This document shows positions 9,223 to 17,499 of a DNA stretch of 31,255 bases, in pieces. Positions within the stretch are counted from its first letter, which is position 1. Every line of letters begins with the position of its first letter. A program made the position numbers and the translations under genes. The stretch is from Candidatus Kapaibacterium sp. (GTDB taxonomy: Bacteria; Bacteroidota; Ignavibacteria; Kapaibacteriales; UBA2268): contig JBBRJR010000001.1 of assembly GCA_038218865.1 (NCBI GenBank), positions 1-31,255 on the forward strand. The letters run 5' to 3'. The notes under the pieces were generated by a model. It was given only the letters and a program-made list of their open reading frames with translations, ran no database searches and was not told where the DNA came from.

Positions 9223-11301
9223 CTACTTCCCTTCTATTTCTTCAGCTAATTTTTTAGCATCGTATAAATTTCTGAGAGCGTATGATATATATTCAGCGGA
9301 GCAGGAAACTGCTCTGTTTTTGGTAACATCATAAATGAAATTTCCAGGTAAAGACTCTACGTTCCCATCGAAAACAATGCCGATAAATTCAGCTTTTTCG
9401 TTAATTGTTGGCGAGCCAGAATTTCCTCCGATTATGTCGCAAGTAGAAACAAAATTCACCGATGTGGACAAATCCAATTTATCTCGTCTATCCCAATATC
9501 TTTTTGGCAGCTCGAAATCCTCATAACCCTCAAAACTCAAGGCTCTATCGTAAAGACCATAGAGTGTCGTTTTAATCGGAGCAATTGTACCATTCATCGG
9601 GTAACCTTTGACTGTACCGTAAGTTAAGCGAAGCGAAAAAGTTGCGTCAGGATAAGTTTCTTTTCCAAAGACGGCAAAGCGTGCATCGGCGATCTTTTCT
9701 TCGGCTTGAACCATTTTGCTTTCCACTACATCTTGGTATTCTTTTAATTCTTTACGCAAAATCGGATCCAATTGCTGAGCCAACTTAAGGAGCGGGTCTT
9801 TTGTATTTTTCAAGCCAGCGACACCGTTTTCCAAAAGCTCTTTTCTAAATTCCAAATCGTTTACTTTTGTATTATCGAAGAGTTCGTTAGCTCGCTCTTT
9901 GGGAGTTTTGCCATTTAATATTAACTTTATATATTCATCATTCGGAACGTTTTCTAAAGCGAATTTCATGGCTCCAATGAATTTAGCTTTTTCAAAATCC
10001 ATATAGACTGGCGCAGGAGAAAGTAGCCTGACTTTGACGCGTTCGATTTCAGCTTGGTGATAGCCGGCTAATCGTTCTCCGTCAGGTTTTTGGCTTTCTT
10101 CGATAAATCGGACAAGCCCAATCGCTTTGCTTGCAAGGCTCGAGCCTAAGGAATGATATGTCGATTTTTTCCTAATTTCACCACTTTGTTTATTAAGCTC
10201 GGCTATTTCATCCCAAGCGCTGCCATATTTTTTTTGCCAATCGGAATTATCTTTTATTTTTTCTTTAAGCATACGCTCTTCAAAAGCTTTTTTAGCCATA
10301 AGTTGTGGCTCTTTCAGTCCCTCGAGCGTGCCAGCCATAGATTTTTTCCCGTTTTCAAGTCCAAAAATCTCGATTAGCGCCCGGCGTTCTTGTTCTTTGC
10401 CAAGTTTGGAGTATTCGCGAAGAGTTTCGATTTTATTTTCAATCATTTTCAGCATCATAGGATACATGTTATCTTTCATAGATTCAAGCTGCGGATAGGT
10501 CAAGAGGCGCTCGGTAGAGCCGGGATGCCCAGAGATAAACACAAGTTGATCTTCTTTTGGAGCTGTTGGATTAAATTTCAAATAATTATCCGATGAGATG
10601 GGCTTTCCGTCTTCGTAAACGCGGAATATGGTAATGTCCAAATCCCAACGCGGAAAGCAGAAATTGTCGTAATCTCCGCCGAAGTAAGCTGCTTGGCGCT
10701 CCGGAGCGAAAACCAAACGCACATCTTCGTATTTTTTATATAGATAAATCCAATACTCGCCGCCATTGTAAAGCGTTACCAATTCCGCTTTAAGCTTGGT
10801 TTTGTCTTGCAATTCCTTTTTGATTTTTGCAGATTCATTGTCGCGAGCATCGACGGCGTCTTTGCCTGTTTTCCCACCTGAAGACTTGCGGATCCTATCC
10901 GTTACGTTTTGCATATCTATTAGTACGTTCAGCTCCAAATCCTTGCATTTAAGCTCTTTTTCGGGGTTTTCGGCGTAGTAGCCGTTTGTAACTAAGTCAT
11001 TTCCTTCGGTAGAGAGTTTTTGAATTTGTCCGACAGCTACGTGGTGATTGGTAATAACCAACCCAGTTGGACTGATAAATGAACCAGAGCCGCCATCGGA
11101 AAAGCGAACACTGGCAAGCCTTACGTGGCGTAGCCAATCCTCGCTCAATTTGAAATTATAATCCTTTTCGAGTTGCTTGCTCGGCGGGTTGTCGAATGTC
11201 CACATGCCTTCGTCTGCACGCACGTTTCCGGTAAATAAAAAAAGAGCGGCAATAAACAAAAATTGCTGCCCGATATTTTTGAAGTTAATTTTGGTTGCCA
11301 T
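9223..11301 (-). CDS. S46 family dipeptidyl peptidase (DPP7/DAP BII-like)
   Basis: Signal peptide then ADEGMWTFDN; GSGSFIS..GLVITNHHVA (catalytic His); CDIIGGNSGSP (catalytic Ser); FDGN. ATG at 11301 preferred over TTG at 11307 on AGGA spacing. Confidence 0.93.
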   Translation of the reverse strand: MATKINFKNIGQQFLFIAALFLFTGNVRADEGMWTFDNPPSKQLEKDYNFKLSEDWLRHVRLASVRFSDGGSGSFISPTGLVITNHHVAVGQIQKLSTEGNDLVTNGYYAENPEKELKCKDLELNVLIDMQNVTDRIRKSSGGKTGKDAVDARDNESAKIKKELQDKTKLKAELVTLYNGGEYWIYLYKKYEDVRLVFAPERQAAYFGGDYDNFCFPRWDLDITIFRVYEDGKPISSDNYLKFNPTAPKEDQLVFISGHPGSTERLLTYPQLESMKDNMYPMMLKMIENKIETLREYSKLGKEQERRALIEIFGLENGKKSMAGTLEGLKEPQLMAKKAFEERMLKEKIKDNSDWQKKYGSAWDEIAELNKQSGEIRKKSTYHSLGSSLASKAIGLVRFIEESQKPDGERLAGYHQAEIERVKVRLLSPAPVYMDFEKAKFIGAMKFALENVPNDEYIKLILNGKTPKERANELFDNTKVNDLEFRKELLENGVAGLKNTKDPLLKLAQQLDPILRKELKEYQDVVESKMVQAEEKIADARFAVFGKETYPDATFSLRLTYGTVKGYPMNGTIAPIKTTLYGLYDRALSFEGYEDFELPKRYWDRRDKLDLSTSVNFVSTCDIIGGNSGSPTINEKAEFIGIVFDGNVESLPGNFIYDVTKNRAVSCSAEYISYALRNLYDAKKLAEEIEGK

Positions 11302-11439
11302 TTTCAATATCCTAATTTAATAAATATATTTCTATTACGAAAATAGTATTAAAAAAGTTTCAAATATAGTTGAATTACATAGTATTTTCTTGATATTAAT
11401 TATAAGATATATTTTTATCGATAAATTTTAACATATTAA

Positions 11440-11470
11440 TTTGGAATTAGTAAAATTTTTCGTAAATTTG
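11440..11470 (+). promoter_or_regulatory. Bacteroidota-type housekeeping promoter (-33 TTTG, -7 TAnnTTTG) for the CoA-transferase gene
   Basis: TTTG 11440-11443, 19-bp spacer, TAAATTTG 11463-11470, 78 nt upstream of ATG 11549. The region is very AT-rich, so a chance match is possible. Confidence 0.5.
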
Positions 11471-11548
11471 AATTGTATTATTGAAAATTTTGTAAAAAGA
11501 TAAATTTTACATTAAAAAACTAATTGACGAAAGAGAAAAGAGGTTTTT

Positions 11549-13042
11549 ATGTCATTAAAATTCATAAGTGCAGAAGAAGCTGCAAGTTACATAAACGATG
11601 GCGATGTTGTTGGATTTAGCGGATTTACTCCTGCTGGAGCGGTAAAAGTAGTGCCTATAGCAATTGGCGAAAAAGCAAAAAAAGAACACGCCGAAGGCAG
11701 AGAATTCAAAATCGGAATGATTACAGGCGCTTCGACTGGCGATTCGCTCGATGGCTCGCTTGCTCGCGCTGAAGCCGTAAAGTTTCGCACGCCGTATCAG
11801 TCCAATCCTGATTTGAGAAAGCTGATTAACGAAGGCAAAGCCGAATATTTCGATTCGCACCTTTCGGTGGTTGCTCAAAATTTGAGATATGGATTTTTGG
11901 GGAAAATGCAGTGGGGAATCATCGAGGCATGCGACGTAACAGAGGAAGGGGAAATAGTACTAACGACCGGCGTTGGCATTACGCCCTCGATTTGCAAGGT
12001 AGCCGATAAAATCATAATCGAACTAAATAGCTATCATCCAAAGGCATTGCGTGGTATTCACGATATTCATATTGTTGCCGATCCGCCACACCGCCGCGAA
12101 ATTCCTATTTACACGCCAAAGGATAGAGCCGGCGATTGCGTTGTCAAGGTCGATCCGAAAAAAATCGTTGGTATCGTCAAAACTAATTTGCCGGACGAAG
12201 TCGGAGCATTTGCTAAAGCCGACAGCGTTACTCAAAAAATCGGCGAAAACGTTGCGGAATTTTTAACGCAAGAGATTAAGAACAATAGAATTCCCAAGGA
12301 ATTTTTGCCAATACAATCTGGCGTGGGAAATATAGCCAATGCTGTTTTGGGAGCTTTGGGCGACAACAAAAATATTCCTAACTTCATGATGTACACGGAA
12401 GTTATCCAAGATTCTGTTATCAAGCTCATGCGTGAAGGTCGCATTACTTTTGCCAGCGGTTGCTCGCTTACTGTTACGAAAGAAGCATTAGATGAAATAT
12501 ATTCCAATTTGGATTTCTATATGCCAAAACTCGTTTTGAGGCCTCAAGAGATTTCAAATAATCCAGAAGTAGCACGCCGTTTGGGTATTATTTCGATTAA
12601 TACTGCGCTCGAAGTCGATTTATTCGGCAATGTGAACTCTACTCAGGTGATGGGACAAAAGATGATGAACGGCATAGGCGGCTCGGGCGATTTCACACGC
12701 AATGCTTATATCTCGATTTTCACATGTCCATCGGTAGCAAAAGGTGGCAAAATTAGCGCGTTTGTGCCTATGGTCTCACACGTGGATCACAACGAGCACT
12801 CGGTACAAGTCATTATTACTGAGCAAGGCATTGCAGATTTGCGAAGCAAATCGCCTCGTAGGCGAATGGAGGAAATCATCAATAACTGCGTGCATCCGGA
12901 TTACCGCGACCAGCTGAACGAATACGTACACTTAGCAGGCGACACGCACACGCCACAAACGCTTTCCGCAGCTTTCGGCATGCACAACCATTTCATAGAA
13001 ACCGGCGACATGCGCGGCGTAGATTGGAAAAAGTATTTGTAA
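11549..13042 (+). CDS. Succinate/acetate CoA-transferase (acetyl-CoA hydrolase/transferase family)
   Basis: GFSGFTPAGAVK, QSGVGNIANAV, catalytic Glu in YTEVIQD, INTALEVDLFGNVNS, MMNGIGGSGDFTRNA, TEQGIADLR. Confidence 0.93.
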   Translation: MSLKFISAEEAASYINDGDVVGFSGFTPAGAVKVVPIAIGEKAKKEHAEGREFKIGMITGASTGDSLDGSLARAEAVKFRTPYQSNPDLRKLINEGKAEYFDSHLSVVAQNLRYGFLGKMQWGIIEACDVTEEGEIVLTTGVGITPSICKVADKIIIELNSYHPKALRGIHDIHIVADPPHRREIPIYTPKDRAGDCVVKVDPKKIVGIVKTNLPDEVGAFAKADSVTQKIGENVAEFLTQEIKNNRIPKEFLPIQSGVGNIANAVLGALGDNKNIPNFMMYTEVIQDSVIKLMREGRITFASGCSLTVTKEALDEIYSNLDFYMPKLVLRPQEISNNPEVARRLGIISINTALEVDLFGNVNSTQVMGQKMMNGIGGSGDFTRNAYISIFTCPSVAKGGKISAFVPMVSHVDHNEHSVQVIITEQGIADLRSKSPRRRMEEIINNCVHPDYRDQLNEYVHLAGDTHTPQTLSAAFGMHNHFIETGDMRGVDWKKYL

Positions 13043-13350
13043 ACAGGCGTCAGGAAAGGCATTTAGTTTTCGGTTAGCAGTGGTCATTTTTCGGTAAAGG
13101 CAGGGCTTCGACAAGCTTGAGCCTCCGAAGAAGGCAAAATAATGGATTTCGTAGGGGCAGACCCATCTGTCTGCCCTTTGTAATCCAGATGTACTCCACT
13201 TCACTCCAGATGTCCAACAACTCAAAAGTGTGGCACATCAGGGATAGTTCTTTTTCCTACTGCCCGAAGCGTAACGCCCATAGCCTTCTTCGGTGGCTGA
13301 GCGAGGTCGAAGCCCTGCTTTTCATCGACAACCGATAACCCAACCACCCT
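13043..13350. repeat. Composite intergenic repeat cluster C bounded by 36-bp inverted repeats
   Basis: Heptamer array 13063-13097; inverted repeat 13100-13135/13283-13318 (29/36 match, outer 13 bp perfect); GTAG hairpin 13151-13176; AGATGT hairpin 13208-13239; inverted heptamers ~13322-13345. Confidence 0.8.
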
Positions 13351-13426
13351 CCCACTTGCAAAATTTTCTTCTAATAATAAATATTATCATTCGTTTATAA
13401 TAATTAATATAACATCGGAGGTCGTT

Positions 13427-13882
13427 ATGAAATTCAAGAATATTTTGATTCCAACTGATTTTTTTGAGGGCTTTTCGCTCGCTCTCTCTTATGCTAAAAC
13501 TATGGCTACGAGCGATGAAACAATGTTGCACATTTTACACGTCGTCGAGCCGTCGCTATATCCTGCGGATATGGGCTTTTCGCAAATAAGCTATGTAGAT
13601 TTAGAAAAGGAACTTTTTGCCAGTTCGCAAATTGAAGTCGATGCTATTGTCAGCCAGTTACAAAACGAAAACTACCGTTTTACGACAAAAATCTTATTCG
13701 GGCGAGCGAGCGACCAGATTATCAATTACTCTCTCGAGAATAATATAGATTTGATTTGCATCACCACAACCGGCAGATCCAGCTTCGATAGGTTTATTTT
13801 TGGCAGCACTACAGAAAAAGTTTTGCGACGGGCAGAATGCCCCGTTTTGTCAATAAAAATACCGGAGGAAAAAAATGATTGA
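13427..13882 (+). CDS. Universal stress protein (Usp family)
   Basis: FKNILIPTDF, LHILHVVEP, DLICITTTGRSSFDRFIFGSTTEKVLRRAECPVL. GGAGG SD upstream. Confidence 0.95.
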   Translation: MKFKNILIPTDFFEGFSLALSYAKTMATSDETMLHILHVVEPSLYPADMGFSQISYVDLEKELFASSQIEVDAIVSQLQNENYRFTTKILFGRASDQIINYSLENNIDLICITTTGRSSFDRFIFGSTTEKVLRRAECPVLSIKIPEEKND

Positions 13883-14480
13883 AGCAGTGATGATTGACTT
13901 CGGAAGCGTTATTTACAATGCCGACACTAAACGAGCCTTAGCAGCCTTTTCTAAATATTCCGCTTTCCCTGATAAGGTGCGCAATCTTCCCGATGAGGAC
14001 TATGACCAGCTTGTTAGCAAATATGAAAGCGGGGAAATGAGTTCTCAGGAATTTTACGAATTTGCACGTGAAAAGCTAAGTCTTAACGCAACGCTTGAGG
14101 AATTCCACAGTGCTTGGAACAAAACGCTTATCGGCGTTTATTCTTTCGCTTTCGATTCCGTAACAATCCTTAAATCAAATTATAAACTGTTGCTTTTGAG
14201 CAACACATCGCCTTGGCACTACGAAGTTTTCGAGCCTGAATGCCGGCATATTTTTGATTTATTCGAGAAAACATATTTTTCGCATCTCGTGGGATTGCGT
14301 AAACCTGACAAAATTATATATGAATATGTTATGCAAGAAAGTAATCTTTCGCCAGAGAATGTTTTATTTTTAGATGATAAAGAGAAGAATTTAGAAGGCT
14401 TTCAAAAAATAGGCGGCAAAACACTTTTGATAACCAAAGATTTCTCTCTGATGGATTTTGCAGAAAAGCAGAACAGGTAA
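13875..14480 (+). CDS. HAD-superfamily hydrolase (YihX-like)
   Basis: Motif I AVMIDFGSV, motif II LLSNT, motif III GLRKPD, motif IV FLDD. Overlaps the usp gene by 8 nt. Confidence 0.9.
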   Translation: MIEAVMIDFGSVIYNADTKRALAAFSKYSAFPDKVRNLPDEDYDQLVSKYESGEMSSQEFYEFAREKLSLNATLEEFHSAWNKTLIGVYSFAFDSVTILKSNYKLLLLSNTSPWHYEVFEPECRHIFDLFEKTYFSHLVGLRKPDKIIYEYVMQESNLSPENVLFLDDKEKNLEGFQKIGGKTLLITKDFSLMDFAEKQNR

Positions 14481-15225
14481 CAGGTGGCAGTAGTCAGGGA
14501 AGCAGGTTCTTAGTTTGCAGTGGTCAGTTTTCGGTGAAAGACAACTCCTACTGAGCTTTCCAAGATGAGGCTGCCCCGATAAGGTATATTTTTAGGTTTT
14601 ATACATAACATTTTTGTTAAATGAACAATAAAACTGCAAACATAATATGAACACCCCCTAGCCCCATCTTAAAAGAGGGGGGACAAGAACATGGAAATTG
14701 AATTTCGTAAATTCTTATAATTCAAGTGTTTCTTCCTCCCCCTCTTGTAAGAGGGGGTCGGGGGGCATTTAAAAATGTGGGTATCATCACAAGGTTATTT
14801 GAACATGCGTGCCAGCCTTAAAAGCACGTCATTCGACTTATGAGACAGCCCCACATCTAATAAAAAGGCTAATAAATTGCCAAATTCTACCATAATTAAA
14901 CTCCTACGGAGCTTGGAAGCGGATTCTTGTTATGTAGGGAACAACGATTGTTGTTATGTAGGGAACAACGATTCTTGTTCCCTACGTTCCCTACTGAGCT
15001 TTCCAAGATGTGCCACACTTTTGAAGAGTGGCACATCTGGAAAAGAAGCACAAATAGCAAGGACACGGCGTGCCGTGTCCCTACATCAAGAAAATCTGGT
15101 TTAAAAAGGGCAGACACTTGAGGTCTGCCCATACAAATTCCGCTGTTCTTTCTTTCACAATGCCTAACGCCTGCGAAGCAATCCACCGACAACCGATAAC
15201 TGATTACTGATTACCGATAACTAAG
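14481..15225. repeat. Composite intergenic repeat cluster D (between convergent HAD and M20 genes)
   Basis: Heptamer arrays at both ends; MITE-like unit 14563-14858; 24-bp tandem repeat ~14922-14985; exact 21-bp direct repeat 14547-14567/14990-15010; AGATGT hairpin 15006-15038; GTAG/GTAT hairpins 14958-14985, 15061-15084 and 15108-15134. Confidence 0.85.
14563..14858. mobile_element. Putative non-autonomous MITE-like element (~290 bp)
   Basis: Imperfect terminal inverted repeats AGATGAGGCTGCCCCGATAAG (left) and CTTATGAGACAGCCCCACATCT (right). The 13-mer GGCTGTCTCATAA also occurs exactly at 6464 and 31171. No transposase in the window and no direct target-site duplication seen. Confidence 0.5.
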
Positions 15226-16596
15226 TTATACCTTCGCAAATTCATCAAAGAAATGAGCGGCTGCTTTTATGCCACCGTAAAAATTATTCAAATCGAAATT
15301 CTCGTTTGGTGAGTGGATATTGTCGCCCGGCAAGCCAAAACCCATTAAAACAGGCGCCACGTTCAAAACTTCCGAGAAAAGAGCAACTATCGGGATAGAT
15401 CCGCCTTCGCGCATGAATACAGGCTCTTTGCCAAAGGCAGCTTTTAGTGCTTTTTGCGCCGCTTTTATGCCCGGGCTGTCAATTGGCGTCAAAACTGGCT
15501 CGCCGCCGTGCAATGGATTTATCTCAATTTTTACAGTATCAGGCGCTATTTGCTTTAAGTATTTTATTATTTTATTTGTTATATCTTCCGGCTTTTGGTT
15601 TGGCACGAGTCGCATAGATATTTTTGCTGATGCTTCGCTTGGCAGAATTGTTTTAGCTCCCTCGCCCGTGTAGCCGCCTTTTATTCCGTTTATGTCGAGC
15701 GAAGGTCTTATCCATGTGCGTTCGAGCGGCGTGTATCCTTTTTCGCCCGTTAGTGCTTTCACTGACAAATCTTTTTTATATTTCTCTAAATCAAATGGCA
15801 ATTTTTTAAAGTTTTCGCGTTCGAAATCCGTTACATCCAATACATCGTCGTAAAATCCAGGAATAGTAATTCGACCGTTTTCGTCTATAAGTTCATCTAT
15901 CATTTTTGCAAGCACTTGAATAGGATTAGCTACTAAGCCGCCAAACGTACCGGAATGCAAATCGCGGTTTGGTCCCGTCAATTTCACTTCGATAAAAGAA
16001 ATACCACGCAAAGCGTAACAGATAGATGGCACGTCATCGGCAAACCATTCGGTGTCGGAGATAACGACTGTGTCGCAAGCGAGCATTTCCTTGTTATTGC
16101 GGACGAAAGGATCTAAATTATTGCTGCCGGCTTCTTCCTCGCCTTCGATTACAAGTTTGACGTTTACGGGCAGCTTGCCGTTAGTCTTCAAATGTGCTTC
16201 GAGAGCTTTGAGTTGAGCAAAAACTTGTCCCTTGTCGTCAGCTGTGCCGCGGGCAAAGATTTTGCCGTTTCGGACTGTCGGCTCAAATGGCGGCGTATCC
16301 CAAAGCTCGATTGGATCAACTGGTTGAACGTCGTAATGGCCATAAATAAGTACTGTTTTGGCATTTTTGCCCGCACCAGTCCATTCGGCATACACAATAG
16401 GGTGACCTGCAGTTTCGACTACTTTTACGGTTTCAAATCCTATATTTAAAATATGATCTTTCAGATACTCTGCTGTTCGCTTAACTTCTTCTTTTTTCTC
16501 AGGTTCCGAGCTTATACTTTCAAATTTGAGAAATTCCATTAATCCCGTTAAATTCTCTTCTTTCTTACTTTCGATAAAACTTAAAACATCATCCAT
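15226..16596 (-). CDS. M20/M25/M40 family metallo-dipeptidase
   Basis: YGHYDVQPVDP, ARGTADDKGQ, IEGEEEAGS, DLHSG, REGGSIP, NIHSPNE. Confidence 0.95.
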   Translation of the reverse strand: MDDVLSFIESKKEENLTGLMEFLKFESISSEPEKKEEVKRTAEYLKDHILNIGFETVKVVETAGHPIVYAEWTGAGKNAKTVLIYGHYDVQPVDPIELWDTPPFEPTVRNGKIFARGTADDKGQVFAQLKALEAHLKTNGKLPVNVKLVIEGEEEAGSNNLDPFVRNNKEMLACDTVVISDTEWFADDVPSICYALRGISFIEVKLTGPNRDLHSGTFGGLVANPIQVLAKMIDELIDENGRITIPGFYDDVLDVTDFERENFKKLPFDLEKYKKDLSVKALTGEKGYTPLERTWIRPSLDINGIKGGYTGEGAKTILPSEASAKISMRLVPNQKPEDITNKIIKYLKQIAPDTVKIEINPLHGGEPVLTPIDSPGIKAAQKALKAAFGKEPVFMREGGSIPIVALFSEVLNVAPVLMGFGLPGDNIHSPNENFDLNNFYGGIKAAAHFFDEFAKV

Positions 16597-16661
16597 GATT
16601 CTTTCCTAAAAAATGCAATTAATAAAAAGACAAATTATATCAAATAAATTAAATAAAAAAA

Positions 16662-17429
16662 CTAATTATTTTTTCTCGTCAATATAGCGGCGCTTGCTTG
16701 AGCCGTTGGAGTAACTACTAAACTTTGTATATTTACGTGGCGCGGCTGCTCAGCAACGAAGTACGCCGTTCTGGCTATATCTTCGCCCAAAAGTGCATCC
16801 AAGCCTTTGTAAACATTCGCTGCCCGTTCGGCATCTCCATGAAATCGTACAAGTGAAAATTCTGTTTCAACCATACCGGGGTCTATGCTACAAACTCTAA
16901 TGTCATAGCCGTTTAAATCGACGGACATACTTTTGGAAATTGCTTTTTCGGCGTGTTTTGTGCCGCAATAGACGTTGCCAGACGGATAAACCTCGTGCCC
17001 TGCGATAGAGCCGATATTTATAACGTCGCCCGTATTTCTCCTAATCATCAATGGCAATACCATACGCGAAACGTATAGCAAGCCCTTTATGTTGGTGTCT
17101 ATCATCTCTTCCCAATTTTCTATGAGTCCGTCTTGAATTTTCTCTAATCCGCTCGCTAAGCCGGCGTTATTTATAAGAATATCAATATCCTGCCAATCTT
17201 GCGGCAAGGAATTCACCATATCGTGTACTTCATTATATTTTCTAACGTCGCAAACTTTTACAAGCGATTTTGTGCCGTAGCGGCTTTTAAAATCTTTAGA
17301 AATTTCTTCCAATCGCTCTTGCCTGCGAGCAACTAAAATGAGTTGGGCTCCGTTTTTTGCGAAAAGTTCGCTACATGCTTTTCCAATTCCAGACGTAGCG
17401 CCGGTTACCATTACAATTTTGTTCTTCAT
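16662..17429 (-). CDS. NADP-dependent short-chain dehydrogenase, YdfG-like
   Basis: VTGATSGIG, LVARRQERL, LINNAGLASG, catalytic YCGTK, IDPGMVETEFSLVRFHGD. Confidence 0.93.
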   Translation of the reverse strand: MKNKIVMVTGATSGIGKACSELFAKNGAQLILVARRQERLEEISKDFKSRYGTKSLVKVCDVRKYNEVHDMVNSLPQDWQDIDILINNAGLASGLEKIQDGLIENWEEMIDTNIKGLLYVSRMVLPLMIRRNTGDVINIGSIAGHEVYPSGNVYCGTKHAEKAISKSMSVDLNGYDIRVCSIDPGMVETEFSLVRFHGDAERAANVYKGLDALLGEDIARTAYFVAEQPRHVNIQSLVVTPTAQASAAILTRKNN

Positions 17430-17499
17430 GTTATTTTTAATTTTTGTTAAAGAAATCTAATAGCATATAAAATGCCAAACTTTAAAATTTTATCGATTA

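Noticed and set aside
12932-13531. ORFs 12932-13225, 13117-13338 and 13322-13531
   Set aside because: Overlap real genes in antisense or cross repeat cluster C; no motifs.
14922-14994. Possible mini-CRISPR array
   Set aside because: Units are head-to-tail with no unique spacers, and no cas genes are present.
14877-15192. Three short ORFs (75, 98 and 64 aa) with repeated peptides such as CYVGNND
   Set aside because: They are translations of the 24-bp tandem repeat and hairpins in all frames; no SD or protein-like features.
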